This document shows positions 1 to 10,027 of a DNA stretch of 64,000 nucleotides, piece by piece. Position numbers and translations under genes: made by a program. Numbering within the stretch: the first letter of the stretch is position 1; each line of letters begins with the position of its first letter. The notes beneath the pieces were generated by a model that was not told the DNA's origin, did no database searches, and worked only from the letters and a program-made list of their open reading frames with translations. Origin of the DNA: a virus; the IMG/VR virus record IMGVR_UViG_3300045988_141640, positions 1 through 64,000 of that record; one strand, given 5' to 3'.

Positions 1-140
1 ACAAACTAAACTCGGTATAGAGATATTTCCATTTATCCCTGTAACGGTATTTGTCGTTTGGGTATTGGCAACGGACACAATAATCCGTCTTATATAAAAC
101 CTCGTATATTACTCCCCTGTGTTCAAACAGTTCGTTCTCG

Positions 141-530
141 TCAAGGGTTCCTACTTCTACCTTCTTCATGACCTTGTACCAATTCTATTACAACATTTTC
201 GAGATTAACATACAAGTTTACTTTAGATACACTTCCATCTTTGTTTATCTTTTTAAACAATGGTTTGATATCGCACAGGTAACTGACATCATAACCCACA
301 ATATAGGCATACTGTTTTGTTTCAGGAACGGTGACACCTGTCAAATCATGCAAACTCGTATATACTGATGCAGGGGTGGTGATACAAACCTTGCTTCCGA
401 TAGGATACTTTATGTTGGATTTGATATACTCTTTTTTGAGTTTTACCATTTCATTATTCAATTCGTTTATCTTTGAATTGATAATTTCTTTCTTTGATTT
501 AAATTCTTCTTTAGTCATATACATATACAC
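141..530 (-). CDS. hypothetical early protein, 129 aa
   Basis: ORF track; protein-like Lys/Glu-rich sequence; first member of a tightly packed minus-strand block of small ORFs (141-4991); no motif recognised. Confidence 0.45.
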   Translation of the reverse strand: MYMYMTKEEFKSKKEIINSKINELNNEMVKLKKEYIKSNIKYPIGSKVCITTPASVYTSLHDLTGVTVPETKQYAYIVGYDVSYLCDIKPLFKKINKDGSVSKVNLYVNLENVVIELVQGHEEGRSRNP

Positions 531-656
531 ACATAATTAACATTCAGACAAAATCTGTAACACAATAAGCCATACAATGACAATCATCAATCGTCCAACA
601 TATTTCCACATATAGCTTTCATTATCATAGCAAAAACAATTCCAAAAAGCATAAAT

Positions 657-842
657 TCACTCCTTCCTAACATTATTGTCCACCCACCTCATTGCTCCCT
701 TTAACGCATCAGTTGTAGACCTGTAAAACATATATACAAAGAGAACCATCCGTTCACCTTTTATTATCCGGTACATGAAGTCTTTTTCTCCTGTGACCTC
801 TATTGTACAGCCTTTATAATATGCAACGTATTTTTTTCTCAT
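657..842 (-). CDS. hypothetical protein, 61 aa
   Basis: ORF track; co-oriented with neighbours; no motif. Confidence 0.35.
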   Translation of the reverse strand: MRKKYVAYYKGCTIEVTGEKDFMYRIIKGERMVLFVYMFYRSTTDALKGAMRWVDNNVRKE

Positions 843-858
843 ACGGCAAAGATATAGT

Positions 859-1107
859 TTATTGGTTTGCCAAAAACTTTTTATTAACTTTTATTAAGCG
901 TTTTTCCCATTCGTTCAGATCTACACCCGTCTTAATTTTCTCCATAACCGAATCTATATCAAAAGATTTACATTTTTCATACAGATCACTCATTGTCGTT
1001 CCTTGTATGATAACTCCGTTCTTTTCCCCGGAAAAATATCCGTCAACACTCTCTATCACATCCCATTTCCGCCCTTCCAGGATGGATTGTTTATTGTTCG
1101 TTCCCAT
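859..1107 (-). CDS. hypothetical protein, 82 aa
   Basis: ORF track; co-oriented; more protein-like than the overlapping plus-strand ORF 803-1168. Confidence 0.45.
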   Translation of the reverse strand: MGTNNKQSILEGRKWDVIESVDGYFSGEKNGVIIQGTTMSDLYEKCKSFDIDSVMEKIKTGVDLNEWEKRLIKVNKKFLANQ

Positions 1108-1537
1108 TATATTTAGCTATTATATTATTCATTTCATTGTTCTTGGCTTCCGTAAAACCTTAAATTAAAATTCGTTTCGGTAATAGTTCGCCAATCTTAT
1201 ACAGTTCTATGCTTGTAACCTCTTGTGTTTCTTTCAGTAAGTTAATTCCATCACTAAAGAAGTTTAGCAATCTTACATCCTTAAATGCGTTACACGGCTC
1301 AAGCATTACACTACGATTTTTTTTCGTTAATTTGAATGAAATAATTTGCTTTCATATTCTTTTGTTGTTTTAAGTTAGTAATTTGCTCCGCCCGTGGAAT
1401 TTGCACCACTTGCAAAGCGTTGAACCTTTGGCAGATAATTCGGCTTAAAAACCGTTATTTCCAGTCATTTCCTTCATACAGTCCACTACGAGCCACACGA
1501 TATCCATCAAAAAAACATAGTTCGTCCCTCCCTTTAA

Positions 1538-1750
1538 TTAAATGATACTTACAAGTTTTTCAAATGAATACACCCCACGAAGTTTGCCTAATTCTTCTTT
1601 ATGCCGTAATGTAACACGCCACGGGTAAATTATTTCATTTTCTGGATAACTTTCTTTATCCCCTTTGAACTCCATCAGTTTAACGCAATAGTTGTTGAAT
1701 AGTATTTGCGCCTGTCTGTCAGTAGCTAACAACTTGAATGTACTTTCCAT
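1538..1750 (-). CDS. hypothetical protein, 70 aa
   Basis: ORF track; co-oriented small early ORF. Confidence 0.4.
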   Translation of the reverse strand: MESTFKLLATDRQAQILFNNYCVKLMEFKGDKESYPENEIIYPWRVTLRHKEELGKLRGVYSFEKLVSII

Positions 1751-1966
1751 GTCTTTTTATTTTTAAGTTAATAAATAGTTCCCGGCGGCGGTGGCGATCC
1801 GCTTGTTGTTCTCCACGCCGGGATAGTTGGTTATTTAAATACATGATCAATGAATACCGTATTCGTTTGCCATTGCCCTCTATGTTTAAAAACAAAATAT
1901 CCGCGTATGGTTGCCGTTTCTTTCATTATCGCTCTGTTCGTTGTTCTCCATACCAGGCAATCCTAT

Positions 1967-2173
1967 TTATCTTAATTCCCTAAATGAAACCGTTTCAAAA
2001 TCGCTCTTAATGATCTCTATCTGTACAGGCTTAACAAATCGGTCCAATTCCTTGCGTATCTCTCTCATTTGTTCAAACGGTACGGTTACAATGTTCCCGG
2101 CAACTAACAAGTTGCGCAAAATGTTGTCTAATTCTTCGCGTTTCATATTATTGTATATTTTTGTAAAACTCAC
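1967..2173 (-). CDS. hypothetical protein, 68 aa
   Basis: ORF track; co-oriented small early ORF; charged helical composition. Confidence 0.4.
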   Translation of the reverse strand: MSFTKIYNNMKREELDNILRNLLVAGNIVTVPFEQMREIRKELDRFVKPVQIEIIKSDFETVSFRELR

Positions 2174-2251
2174 AATACAGGCCGTACAGGTCTATAATAT
2201 CTGAATCAGTTAGTATTCTCCTTAAAACTCTTATTACTCTAATTACTCTCA

Positions 2252-2692
2252 TTACTCGTTCAAATATGACTTGGGAAGCAAAGGGAAAACTCTTAACACT
2301 TCATCAAAACGCACGTTCCCAAACTTTTCGATATATACGGAAAAATAACGTTCATTCCGCCTACGATCAATAGTTATGCAGCTAGGTACGTCCTTTCGAT
2401 TTAACGTATTATAGTCGCTTGCGTGCTCTCTTACAAACTTAATCAATTCGGGCGTATCTAGGTACATTTTGATTATTTTTTGCGTCCTGGTGCCGTTATA
2501 ATACGCTCGTTTAACCTGTTTTTCGGGTAACTTGTGCCCGTCATAGCTTTTCCAAAACTTGATATTTTCCTTGATAAGATCCAATATATTAATACCTCTA
2601 CTAGCTTTAAATGTTCCTATCTTAATACTTTCATTTTCAAGGATAGGATATAATTCTTTTTGTAAGTTTTGTTTGTCCATAATACTATTCAT
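2252..2692 (-). CDS. hypothetical protein, 146 aa
   Basis: ORF track; start abuts the stop of 2693-3025 (no gap), suggesting an operon. Confidence 0.5.
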   Translation of the reverse strand: MNSIMDKQNLQKELYPILENESIKIGTFKASRGINILDLIKENIKFWKSYDGHKLPEKQVKRAYYNGTRTQKIIKMYLDTPELIKFVREHASDYNTLNRKDVPSCITIDRRRNERYFSVYIEKFGNVRFDEVLRVFPLLPKSYLNE

Positions 2693-3025
2693 TTAAAATA
2701 TCGTCAAGTTCGCCAATACGTCCACATTATATACGGGTAACTGTTTTGCGTATCTAGTACGACCGTCTAGGGGCGTTTCTTCAATGGTTATATCTAGTAG
2801 TTCGTGCATCGGTGTATTCCAGATAGATTTTTTTAGGGCTTCTATTTCCTTGTACCGTTCCGAACCTATATATATACCTTTTGGGCCGTGATATAATTGT
2901 TTAAAAAACGGGTGATCCTTGTGCCTGCATACGAAATGGTAGCTTATATACTTTACTGTTTTTGAAGCCGATTTACAAATATATTGACTACCTGTTTTGC
3001 TGTTTTTTACTATTACTTGTATCAT
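2693..3025 (-). CDS. hypothetical protein, 110 aa
   Basis: ORF track; directly abuts the downstream gene. Confidence 0.5.
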   Translation of the reverse strand: MIQVIVKNSKTGSQYICKSASKTVKYISYHFVCRHKDHPFFKQLYHGPKGIYIGSERYKEIEALKKSIWNTPMHELLDITIEETPLDGRTRYAKQLPVYNVDVLANLTIF

Positions 3026-3083
3026 AATGTTTTTGTTTTTATGGGTAATATATATCTTTCGTCACAGGGCTTTATTTTGCCCT

Positions 3084-3386
3084 CTATTGACGTTTTTGGA
3101 TGGAGTATTGCACACATTCAAGTATATATTTAGCGTGCTCCCGGGCCGCTTCCTGTTTTTCCTGTTTTGTGGGTGTTATCCCATCGTACTTGCGCAATAG
3201 TTTGGCAGCCTCTCTGACTATAGTTTTCACCGTGCTGCAATTTGCAAGGTATTCTAATTGTGGTTGTACACCCTTGTTTATTTTTTTAATTAGACAATCT
3301 TGCAGCCGTGATGTTATATTGTATATTTCGCTTGTATTACGTATATACATTGCAAGCAAATTAGGTATGTCGTTTCTTGTTTCCAT
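3084..3386 (-). CDS. hypothetical protein, 100 aa
   Basis: ORF track; helical, charged composition; preferred over the mirror plus-strand ORF 3100-3402 (Cys/Ser/Leu-rich). Confidence 0.5.
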   Translation of the reverse strand: METRNDIPNLLAMYIRNTSEIYNITSRLQDCLIKKINKGVQPQLEYLANCSTVKTIVREAAKLLRKYDGITPTKQEKQEAAREHAKYILECVQYSIQKRQ

Positions 3387-3655
3387 AATGTTACGTTTTT
3401 AAATTGTTATTGTTTGCTTTGGTTCTCTATGTAATCGGTTACCCGTATTGATAGGTACAGGCAACCTAATAGTATTAATGTTTCGATCATAGTTATTTAT
3501 TTTTGATTTTTCCAAACTCTATAATCATTATCACTATCAAAACACATATAACCGCCAAAAACCTTGGCAACATGTGCCGGGGTAAACGGGCAATTTTTAA
3601 TTGCCCGGTACCGTGTTTCAACTTGTGCAAAAAACGTTCTCATTGTTATTTTAAT

Positions 3656-3988
3656 TTAATTGTTTATTATTTTACTTAATTCACGTGCAAAACGCTTAAT
3701 CATTTTTTTGCGTTGACTAAAATCGTAATTATAATACAATTTTTCCCACCGTTCGCACACTTTGCGCGCATTTTTGTTTTTCGTCCCAAATGGTACATAT
3801 CCTGTGCAAATAGCTATATTATTATACGGTGCAGGTAATTCAAATATATCGGCGGCCCATCCTTCTACACGTTCGGTGTGTCCGACTTTTGTAAGGTAAT
3901 TTTGTATGTACTGTATTTCGCAATATCCTAATAATATTACATTTTCTTTGCCATAAATACGATATATTTCTTTCCTTGTTGTTTTCAT
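3656..3988 (-). CDS. hypothetical protein, 110 aa
   Basis: ORF track; co-oriented; no motif. Confidence 0.5.
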   Translation of the reverse strand: MKTTRKEIYRIYGKENVILLGYCEIQYIQNYLTKVGHTERVEGWAADIFELPAPYNNIAICTGYVPFGTKNKNARKVCERWEKLYYNYDFSQRKKMIKRFARELSKIINN

Positions 3989-4058
3989 AACTCAATTCCT
4001 TTAATTTACTGAAGATCTTTCGGTACAGGGGCTTATTTACCTCTGTATGCGCGTTTTA

Positions 4059-4418
4059 TTATTCTTCTTCTGTTTCCACTTCGTCCAACACTTCTGAAAT
4101 TGCTTGGCCTAACAGATAACAGCGTATTGTAGCGTCGCACTCTTCCGCACCATGTTCCAAGTAACTCATATCACACCCGAATTCCGTTAACGCTTCACTT
4201 AACAGATCCAAATTGTGGCACAGGTATTCCTCAGCCGTCCAAGTGTTAAAGGTATAAGATCCTGATGCGTTCCCTGTTACGCTATCACATGTAAACAGTG
4301 TATCATTAAGATCCTGTTCCACTTCGTCCCTATTTTCGGAAGTTACTACTATATTGTTTTCGTTGATATAGTTCAAAACATCCTCTTTAACCGCTTCCAA
4401 ATAATCGTATCTTTCCAT
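4059..4418 (-). CDS. strongly acidic small protein, 119 aa (possible DNA mimic)
   Basis: By my count 20 Glu + 10 Asp versus 1 Lys + 3 Arg; C-terminal EVETEEE tail. Confidence 0.55.
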   Translation of the reverse strand: MERYDYLEAVKEDVLNYINENNIVVTSENRDEVEQDLNDTLFTCDSVTGNASGSYTFNTWTAEEYLCHNLDLLSEALTEFGCDMSYLEHGAEECDATIRCYLLGQAISEVLDEVETEEE

Positions 4419-4595
4419 AATTGTAATATTTAATTGTTAATAATTATTTCCCGTTCTTTCTTGACAAAATTTCTAAAGTTACCGAAATTACGCTTAAATT
4501 CGACTATAGCTTGCTTCTTCGTTTTTCCATAATAGCAAAACCTTTGTCCATTATGGAATTCTACTGTTAACTTGTATTCTTTCATATCCTACTTA

Positions 4596-4991
4596 TTATC
4601 CAATTATATAAGGTTCTTTCATTGGAATATATTCCATTCCGTTAAGCTGGTAGATTGGTAGATATATTCTAAACCAACCGTTACCGGCATCATAAAACCC
4701 CTTGAAAACGAAATCAGAAGGGGAAGCATTACCAATTATTTCGAGCTCTCTATATCCGTATACGTTGCTTTCTCCGTTCTTCTTGATGAACTTCTTTAAC
4801 CAATTCAACCCCTGTATTCCTTGTTCCTCTGTTAATGGAATGCCGTAACCGTCTCCGATACTTTCCAACCAGTCGTAATTTATAACGTCTTGTTGCGCCT
4901 TGTTGGAGCGGTTTTTTAACACCTGCAACTGCTGTTTAGTGATTACACCGTTTTCTGTGATTTCTTTAAAAATTGTCTCATTTGTTTTCAT
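4596..4991 (-). CDS. hypothetical protein, 131 aa
   Basis: ORF track; last (promoter-proximal) gene of the minus-strand early block. Confidence 0.5.
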   Translation of the reverse strand: MKTNETIFKEITENGVITKQQLQVLKNRSNKAQQDVINYDWLESIGDGYGIPLTEEQGIQGLNWLKKFIKKNGESNVYGYRELEIIGNASPSDFVFKGFYDAGNGWFRIYLPIYQLNGMEYIPMKEPYIIG

Positions 4992-5429
4992 AATATATAA
5001 TGTTTTAAATTGTACTCTGTATTAATACGGGCTTGTAACCGTTACCAACCAATTATACCAATAAATCTAGAGATGGCAGCTACATTACAATATGCGCGTA
5101 TCGTATGTTTTTACGGCTTATATATACCGACCGTAACTAACGGACCAGTATTAAGGCTTATGTATAGGATACACACGCACATACATTATATTATATTAGG
5201 GATGTTAATCGCATATCGCACTAAGTTACTATCTCCATTATCAAGCAATACCCGCACCTCTGCATCGTGGCTAACAACACCGCTATTTATATTCCGCTTA
5301 TTCCCTGGTTTGCGGATCTGTACCACGCTCTCACCGTGGCAAGCTGTTTCAATACGTCAAATATCTCTTTGTCCTTCCGACACTGCAAACATACAGCGTT
5401 TTTGTTTAGGTTGTATATTTTGTTAACAT

Positions 5430-6740
5430 TCATTATAAATTAAGCCCGTTTTTAGCAAAATCAATACTGTTTATATACATATTTTAAATTAATATTGCAT
5501 AATATTAATAGATCAGACCGTGTAAGACCGTTTTAGCCTAATATTATGTTTAATTTCAAGATTTTTCAATGTTAATTTGTGTTAAATTTTGTTGTAAGTG
5601 TCTGATAATGAAGGAATTACGAAATCTTCGTAGAAGTAATTTGTAAAGATTTTTATTTGTAAAGATTTCGAAATTCGATTGTCGTAGAAAAAAATTCTTT
5701 TTTATTTACAAACGTTGAGAATCGCGGTATATAAACGTGCGTAATTGCCTGTAAATAAGTGCCATACCCCCTTTTATAGAGGCTTCGCTGCGGGTGTGTC
5801 GCTCCCGATAAATTTTTTTCTGAAAATTTTTTTCCCCCAAATTTTGCTCGGATGTCTGATTTTGCGTTTTGGTGGTGTATTTTCGGTAGTTTTCAACAAA
5901 ATTGGATAAATCTTTACATAAAAAGTTACGAAAATCGTAGGTTTTTTGGTGTATTTCGTAGGTATGGTTGCATTTTTTATGTCTTTTTTTGCGGTGTAAG
6001 TTATTGGTTTACAGTATTCTTCGTTGATTTCGTCGTTTTGATATGTATCTATACTAAATTACGTATGCAATTTTGGTGTCTGTATGCGTATGTGTCGTAT
6101 ATGTGATGTACGTGTATATGTATTGTAATAGAGCATATACGGTGTACGTGTATGTATATTTTGTATATATATATTACTTTTAACATTTAATATACAAATT
6201 AATAGAGAGTAAATTTTCAAAGATTTACGATTCAATTTTTTTTGACAAGGCTAAACAGCTTGTTTTAAGTAACTTATCCTCTAATTTGCGCGAGTTTTTT
6301 GACAAGTGTTGAAAAACGAAGAGTTTACGAAGTCTACGAAAAATCAACGAATTTCGTAGGTTTTTTACGAATTTTCCCGAATCAATTAGTTGCATATGCA
6401 ACTATCGGTGTTGAGATTTTTTATTTTATGTTAAATTAAGTCAATTTTACATTTCTTAACGTAGAAAATAATAAGTAGATAAAAAATTATAGTTAAATCA
6501 TTTTAACTAAAATGAGAAAAATTATTACAAAAGTAAAAAATAACAACAATCAATATTTTTTACTTTTCCTATTCAAATAATACTGTGGACGTGAAAGTAA
6601 AAAATCTTGTGTAAAGAAAGATAAACTATCTTCCTTGACACGTATTTGTTAATCACATAAACATTTGTAGTTAATTAATTTAACTACTAGTTTTCGTATT
6701 GTTTTTTTTCGCTATATTTGCAGGTAAAATCAAGTAAAAT
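5430..6740. promoter_or_regulatory. ORF-free AT-rich divergent control region / putative replication origin with iterons
   Basis: Lies between divergent gene blocks. I counted 8 copies of TACGAA/TTCGTA, including the palindrome TACGAAATCTTCGTA at 5618-5632. TCGTAGGTTTTTT occurs twice (5935-5947, 6354-6366), TTGTAAAGATTT twice 16 bp apart (5641-5652, 5657-5668), and TTTTTTGACAAG twice (6238-6249, 6295-6306). A TG/TA alternating tract spans about 6061-6180. Confidence 0.45.
6713..6720 (+). promoter_or_regulatory. Bacteroidota -7 promoter box TATATTTG
   Basis: Matches TAnnTTTG; 20 nt upstream of the ATG at 6741. Confidence 0.5.
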
Positions 6741-7742
6741 ATGGAAGAAGAAATAGAGATTAAACTTAGGTTGCCCGAATCAAGGCGTGTCGTATGCCTG
6801 TCCGATGCAATGCCCGACAGGGAGAGGTGGTTTAAGGGAATGAGGGTACAGACGCATCTTTTCGGGTGGGTTACGCTCGTCAACGTTGCGGACAGGCAGT
6901 GTTTCCTCAAACTTGACGAGCCGTTGAAGGACGGTACTAGGACGGTTCTTGTGTCGGAAGCGTCATTCATAAGACGCGTGCCCGTACCTTTAACTGCAAA
7001 GTCTATGGCTGCACAGGTCGCTGGTGTCAGCGTGGAGGGTGAGGTGCTGGAGTACGAGAGGAAGATGAAGAGAAAATGGGAGAAGGAGAGGAAGCATATA
7101 GCGGAGATATGTGCAAGATACGGGTATGTGCTCCCTTCCGAGTGGAAACGGTCGTTAAGGAGATTTGCTTCGTGGTGTGAGGGCCAGGTAAGGCAGTACG
7201 GTCATATCGTGGATGCCGACTATCTTATGCGGCATGACACGTCCGTTGTGGGCGGAAGGAGCGTGGATGATCTAAGGTTCGTGCCAGATGTGGATATGGT
7301 GGATGGGACCGGGGCGAACGGGAAGCCTTCCGCCGCTCGCGTTTCACGGTGCGCGCTCATGCCGGGAAGCATCGTCACCGCCATACGTAACGCAGGGAAC
7401 GAGATGGACAAGTCGGTGTCGTTGTGGCGGAACAGCTACTTCGTGAAGATGAGGCGTTTCGGGTACACGTTCAACACCTGCTGTGACGGGGCAAAGACAC
7501 GTGACGATGCGTTCACGTGGTTCAAGGACATCACCATACAGTACATGGCTGACCTTATAGAGTATTACGGGATAAGACGTGATTCCATCGTGTGCAGGAA
7601 ACTGGAGCACATCGCGGACGTTTACTCTTCCCTTGATGATATGGACGCACGCCCTGATATATCAACGGACGATTATGACCTGTATCCCGTTGTAATGTTC
7701 GGGAAGGTTGTGGACCGGGAGAAATCGGTAGAATCGGTATAG
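6741..7742 (+). CDS. hypothetical protein, 333 aa (first gene of replication module)
   Basis: ORF track; visibly G+C-richer than flanks; followed after 13 nt by the primase-helicase gene. Confidence 0.6.
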   Translation: MEEEIEIKLRLPESRRVVCLSDAMPDRERWFKGMRVQTHLFGWVTLVNVADRQCFLKLDEPLKDGTRTVLVSEASFIRRVPVPLTAKSMAAQVAGVSVEGEVLEYERKMKRKWEKERKHIAEICARYGYVLPSEWKRSLRRFASWCEGQVRQYGHIVDADYLMRHDTSVVGGRSVDDLRFVPDVDMVDGTGANGKPSAARVSRCALMPGSIVTAIRNAGNEMDKSVSLWRNSYFVKMRRFGYTFNTCCDGAKTRDDAFTWFKDITIQYMADLIEYYGIRRDSIVCRKLEHIADVYSSLDDMDARPDISTDDYDLYPVVMFGKVVDREKSVESV

Positions 7743-7755
7743 AAAGGAGGGGAAA

Positions 7756-9222
7756 ATGACTGTCGCTGAATCTGCAAAGGCTTCTTATGAATACATCCTT
7801 GATTCCGTTATGGGCAAGCTGGCGGACAAGGGTGGTGGTCGTGGCTTCCGTAAAGCAAGGGATGAAGGCGAGTGGAAGCGTTCCATATCCGCTATGGTCG
7901 AGATGGATATAGCTGATGCATGCAGGGAGTGCAATTTCAGACGCCACAGGAGCGGTTCCATCATGGCTTTTGACGGTAAGATATTCGTTCCCATGATGAA
8001 GGACGATCTGATGCGCCTGTGTATGGATTTGTGCCGCATAAACGGTCTTAGCGAACTGTACATGACCGATACGAGCGAGCGTTTCTACCGTACCATTGTG
8101 AAGAACGTGACGCATGAGATATTCAATCCCAAGCGTAACTTCATCACGTTTGACAATTGTGTCCTTGACACGGAAACGATGGAAACGTTTGATTTCTCCC
8201 CTATGATAGAATCGTGCATACGTATCAATATCAATTATGACCCGTTGGCGCGCAGCCCGTTGTGGGAGAAGTTTCTGGACGATGTGATCCCGGTGAAGGA
8301 CACACAGGATGCCTTGCAGGAGTTTGTGGGGTGTGCCTTTGTTGACAGGAAGAAGATCAAGATGGAGAAGATGTGTTACCTTCTCGGTTGTGGTAGTAAC
8401 GGTAAGTCGGTGTTCTTTGACGCTGTTGTCAACGCGCTAGGGAAGGATAATGTTTCTTATATGGAGATGGCTGACCTGTCGGGTGACAAGTCTACTTGCG
8501 AGTACAATATAGCTATGATAAACGGCAAACTGCTCAACTACGCCTCAGAGATGGGTGGGAAGGATGTGAGCGGTGGCAAGTATAAGAAGTTCATATCCGG
8601 TGAGCCTACTATGGCACGCCTTCCGTTCGGTGAGCCTTTCCTTGCCGACATGATGCCACCGTTTATGGCCAACCTTAACAAGATGCCTTCTGTTTCGGAC
8701 CAGACTTACGGTCATTTCAGACGCTCCCTTGTTATCCCGTTCTATCGTGTGTTCAAGGAATCGGAACAGGACAGGTCGCTTCCGTTGAAGCTGTCAAAGG
8801 AATCGGCAGCCATTATCAACTGGATAATAGAGGGTGCAAGACGGTTTGTGAAGAACAAGGGTGAATTTACGAGAAGTTATACGATAGAATCCGTTACGGA
8901 GAACGCAAGACGTGATTCCAACAGTGTCCTGTCGTATCTTTACGATTCGGGGTATGATGCTGATGGGGGAATTGAACTTGAGGCTATCCGTGACCGTGAT
9001 CTGTATGTGAAATACAGTGCATATTGTATTGACTGTGGTGTAAGACCTTACAGCAAGAGAAAGATGGTTGACATGATACGCCAGGAAGGCTATTCCGTCA
9101 CTTCCGCGTGGGATGAAAATAGGAACAGAATGTTCCAGATTGTCCTAAGACGGAAGTATAATCCTGACGAATACCTTCTGCAACAGGCTGATGATATAAT
9201 GAAGGAGGATTTGCCGTTCTAA
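7756..9222 (+). CDS. SF3 (D5/P4-type) primase-helicase NTPase
   Basis: Walker A in LLGCGSNGKSVFFDAV, preceded by the LQEFVGCAF context typical of the P4-family primase C-terminal / D5 NTPase domain. Confidence 0.8.
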   Translation: MTVAESAKASYEYILDSVMGKLADKGGGRGFRKARDEGEWKRSISAMVEMDIADACRECNFRRHRSGSIMAFDGKIFVPMMKDDLMRLCMDLCRINGLSELYMTDTSERFYRTIVKNVTHEIFNPKRNFITFDNCVLDTETMETFDFSPMIESCIRININYDPLARSPLWEKFLDDVIPVKDTQDALQEFVGCAFVDRKKIKMEKMCYLLGCGSNGKSVFFDAVVNALGKDNVSYMEMADLSGDKSTCEYNIAMINGKLLNYASEMGGKDVSGGKYKKFISGEPTMARLPFGEPFLADMMPPFMANLNKMPSVSDQTYGHFRRSLVIPFYRVFKESEQDRSLPLKLSKESAAIINWIIEGARRFVKNKGEFTRSYTIESVTENARRDSNSVLSYLYDSGYDADGGIELEAIRDRDLYVKYSAYCIDCGVRPYSKRKMVDMIRQEGYSVTSAWDENRNRMFQIVLRRKYNPDEYLLQQADDIMKEDLPF

Positions 9223-9271
9223 AGTGATGTTTTTTTTATAATAAATAAATGTCTTTTGAAAAAAAGTGTTT

Positions 9272-9307
9272 TATATTTGCTTTTATAATAAATAGTATGT
9301 ATATTTG
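9272..9307 (+). promoter_or_regulatory. two tandem -7 boxes TATATTTG (9272-9279, 9300-9307)
   Basis: Exact TAnnTTTG matches upstream of the ATG at 9333. Confidence 0.45.
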
Positions 9308-9332
9308 CATTGTATTTTAAAACACTTTTATT

Positions 9333-9968
9333 ATGAAAACAGAAGTTGAAATGAAAAGAATTCTTTTTGGGCATGAGATTTCCCAAAAAAGCAAAAGTGA
9401 ATTTTTGTCTGCTACCGATTTGGTTAAAGCTGGTAATGCTTGGAGGATTAATAATGGGTTTCCTGAATTTAATTTTTATCAGTGGCGGCAAAGCAATAAT
9501 ACAAGAGAGTTTATTGTAGAGTTAGAAAAAAAGTATGGTACTGCTATTATCAGTGGAAGGGGTAGAGGGCATCATACATGGATTCATCCTTTTTTATTCT
9601 TGGATTTGGCGTTGGCTATAAATCCAAAGTTAAAAGTTGAGGTGTATGAATGGTTATTCGACAAACTTCTTGAATATCGTAATGATAGCGGTGATTCATT
9701 TAAGGAAATGACTGGTGCGCTGTATAATAATTGTTCCAATAAAAGCCAGTTCTCAAAAGCTATGTCTTTATTGTGCACTATGATAAAAGAAGAATGTGGT
9801 ATAACAACAGATTGGCAACACGCAACAGAAGAACAGTTGTTGTATAGAGATAAGATTCATGAATATATATCTCTTATGTGTGACATTTTTAAATGGAATA
9901 ACAATGAAGCTGTCCGTATAGGTTTGTTGAAAGCTAAAAAATGGAAGGATAATAGGTTGTCTGTTTAA
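9333..9968 (+). CDS. KilA-N domain protein
   Basis: SATDLVKAG...NNTREFIVELEKKYG...HHTWIHPFLFLDLALAINPKLKVEVYEWL resembles the KilA-N DNA-binding domain core. Confidence 0.6.
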   Translation: MKTEVEMKRILFGHEISQKSKSEFLSATDLVKAGNAWRINNGFPEFNFYQWRQSNNTREFIVELEKKYGTAIISGRGRGHHTWIHPFLFLDLALAINPKLKVEVYEWLFDKLLEYRNDSGDSFKEMTGALYNNCSNKSQFSKAMSLLCTMIKEECGITTDWQHATEEQLLYRDKIHEYISLMCDIFKWNNNEAVRIGLLKAKKWKDNRLSV

Positions 9969-10027
9969 TATTGTTTAACCGTTATTTTTTTTGCCATGAC
10001 ATATTGTAGTAGTATAGATTAAGATAT

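Noticed and set aside
3100-3402. 100-aa plus-strand ORF mirroring 3084-3386
   Set aside because: It is a shadow ORF of the better minus-strand gene, and its composition is Cys/Ser/Leu-rich.
5010-5426. 138-aa plus-strand ORF in the gap after the early operon
   Set aside because: The translation is Cys/His/Leu/Ile-rich and not protein-like. It points the wrong way relative to both flanking operons and has no promoter box or coupling. The 420-nt region is more likely non-coding leader or promoter DNA. I could not define an RNA structure in it.
7220-8115. Several long minus-strand ORFs (63-186 aa) overlapping the replication genes
   Set aside because: These are antisense shadow ORFs typical of G+C-richer coding DNA. 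They are Arg/His/Pro-rich and overlap one another in different frames.
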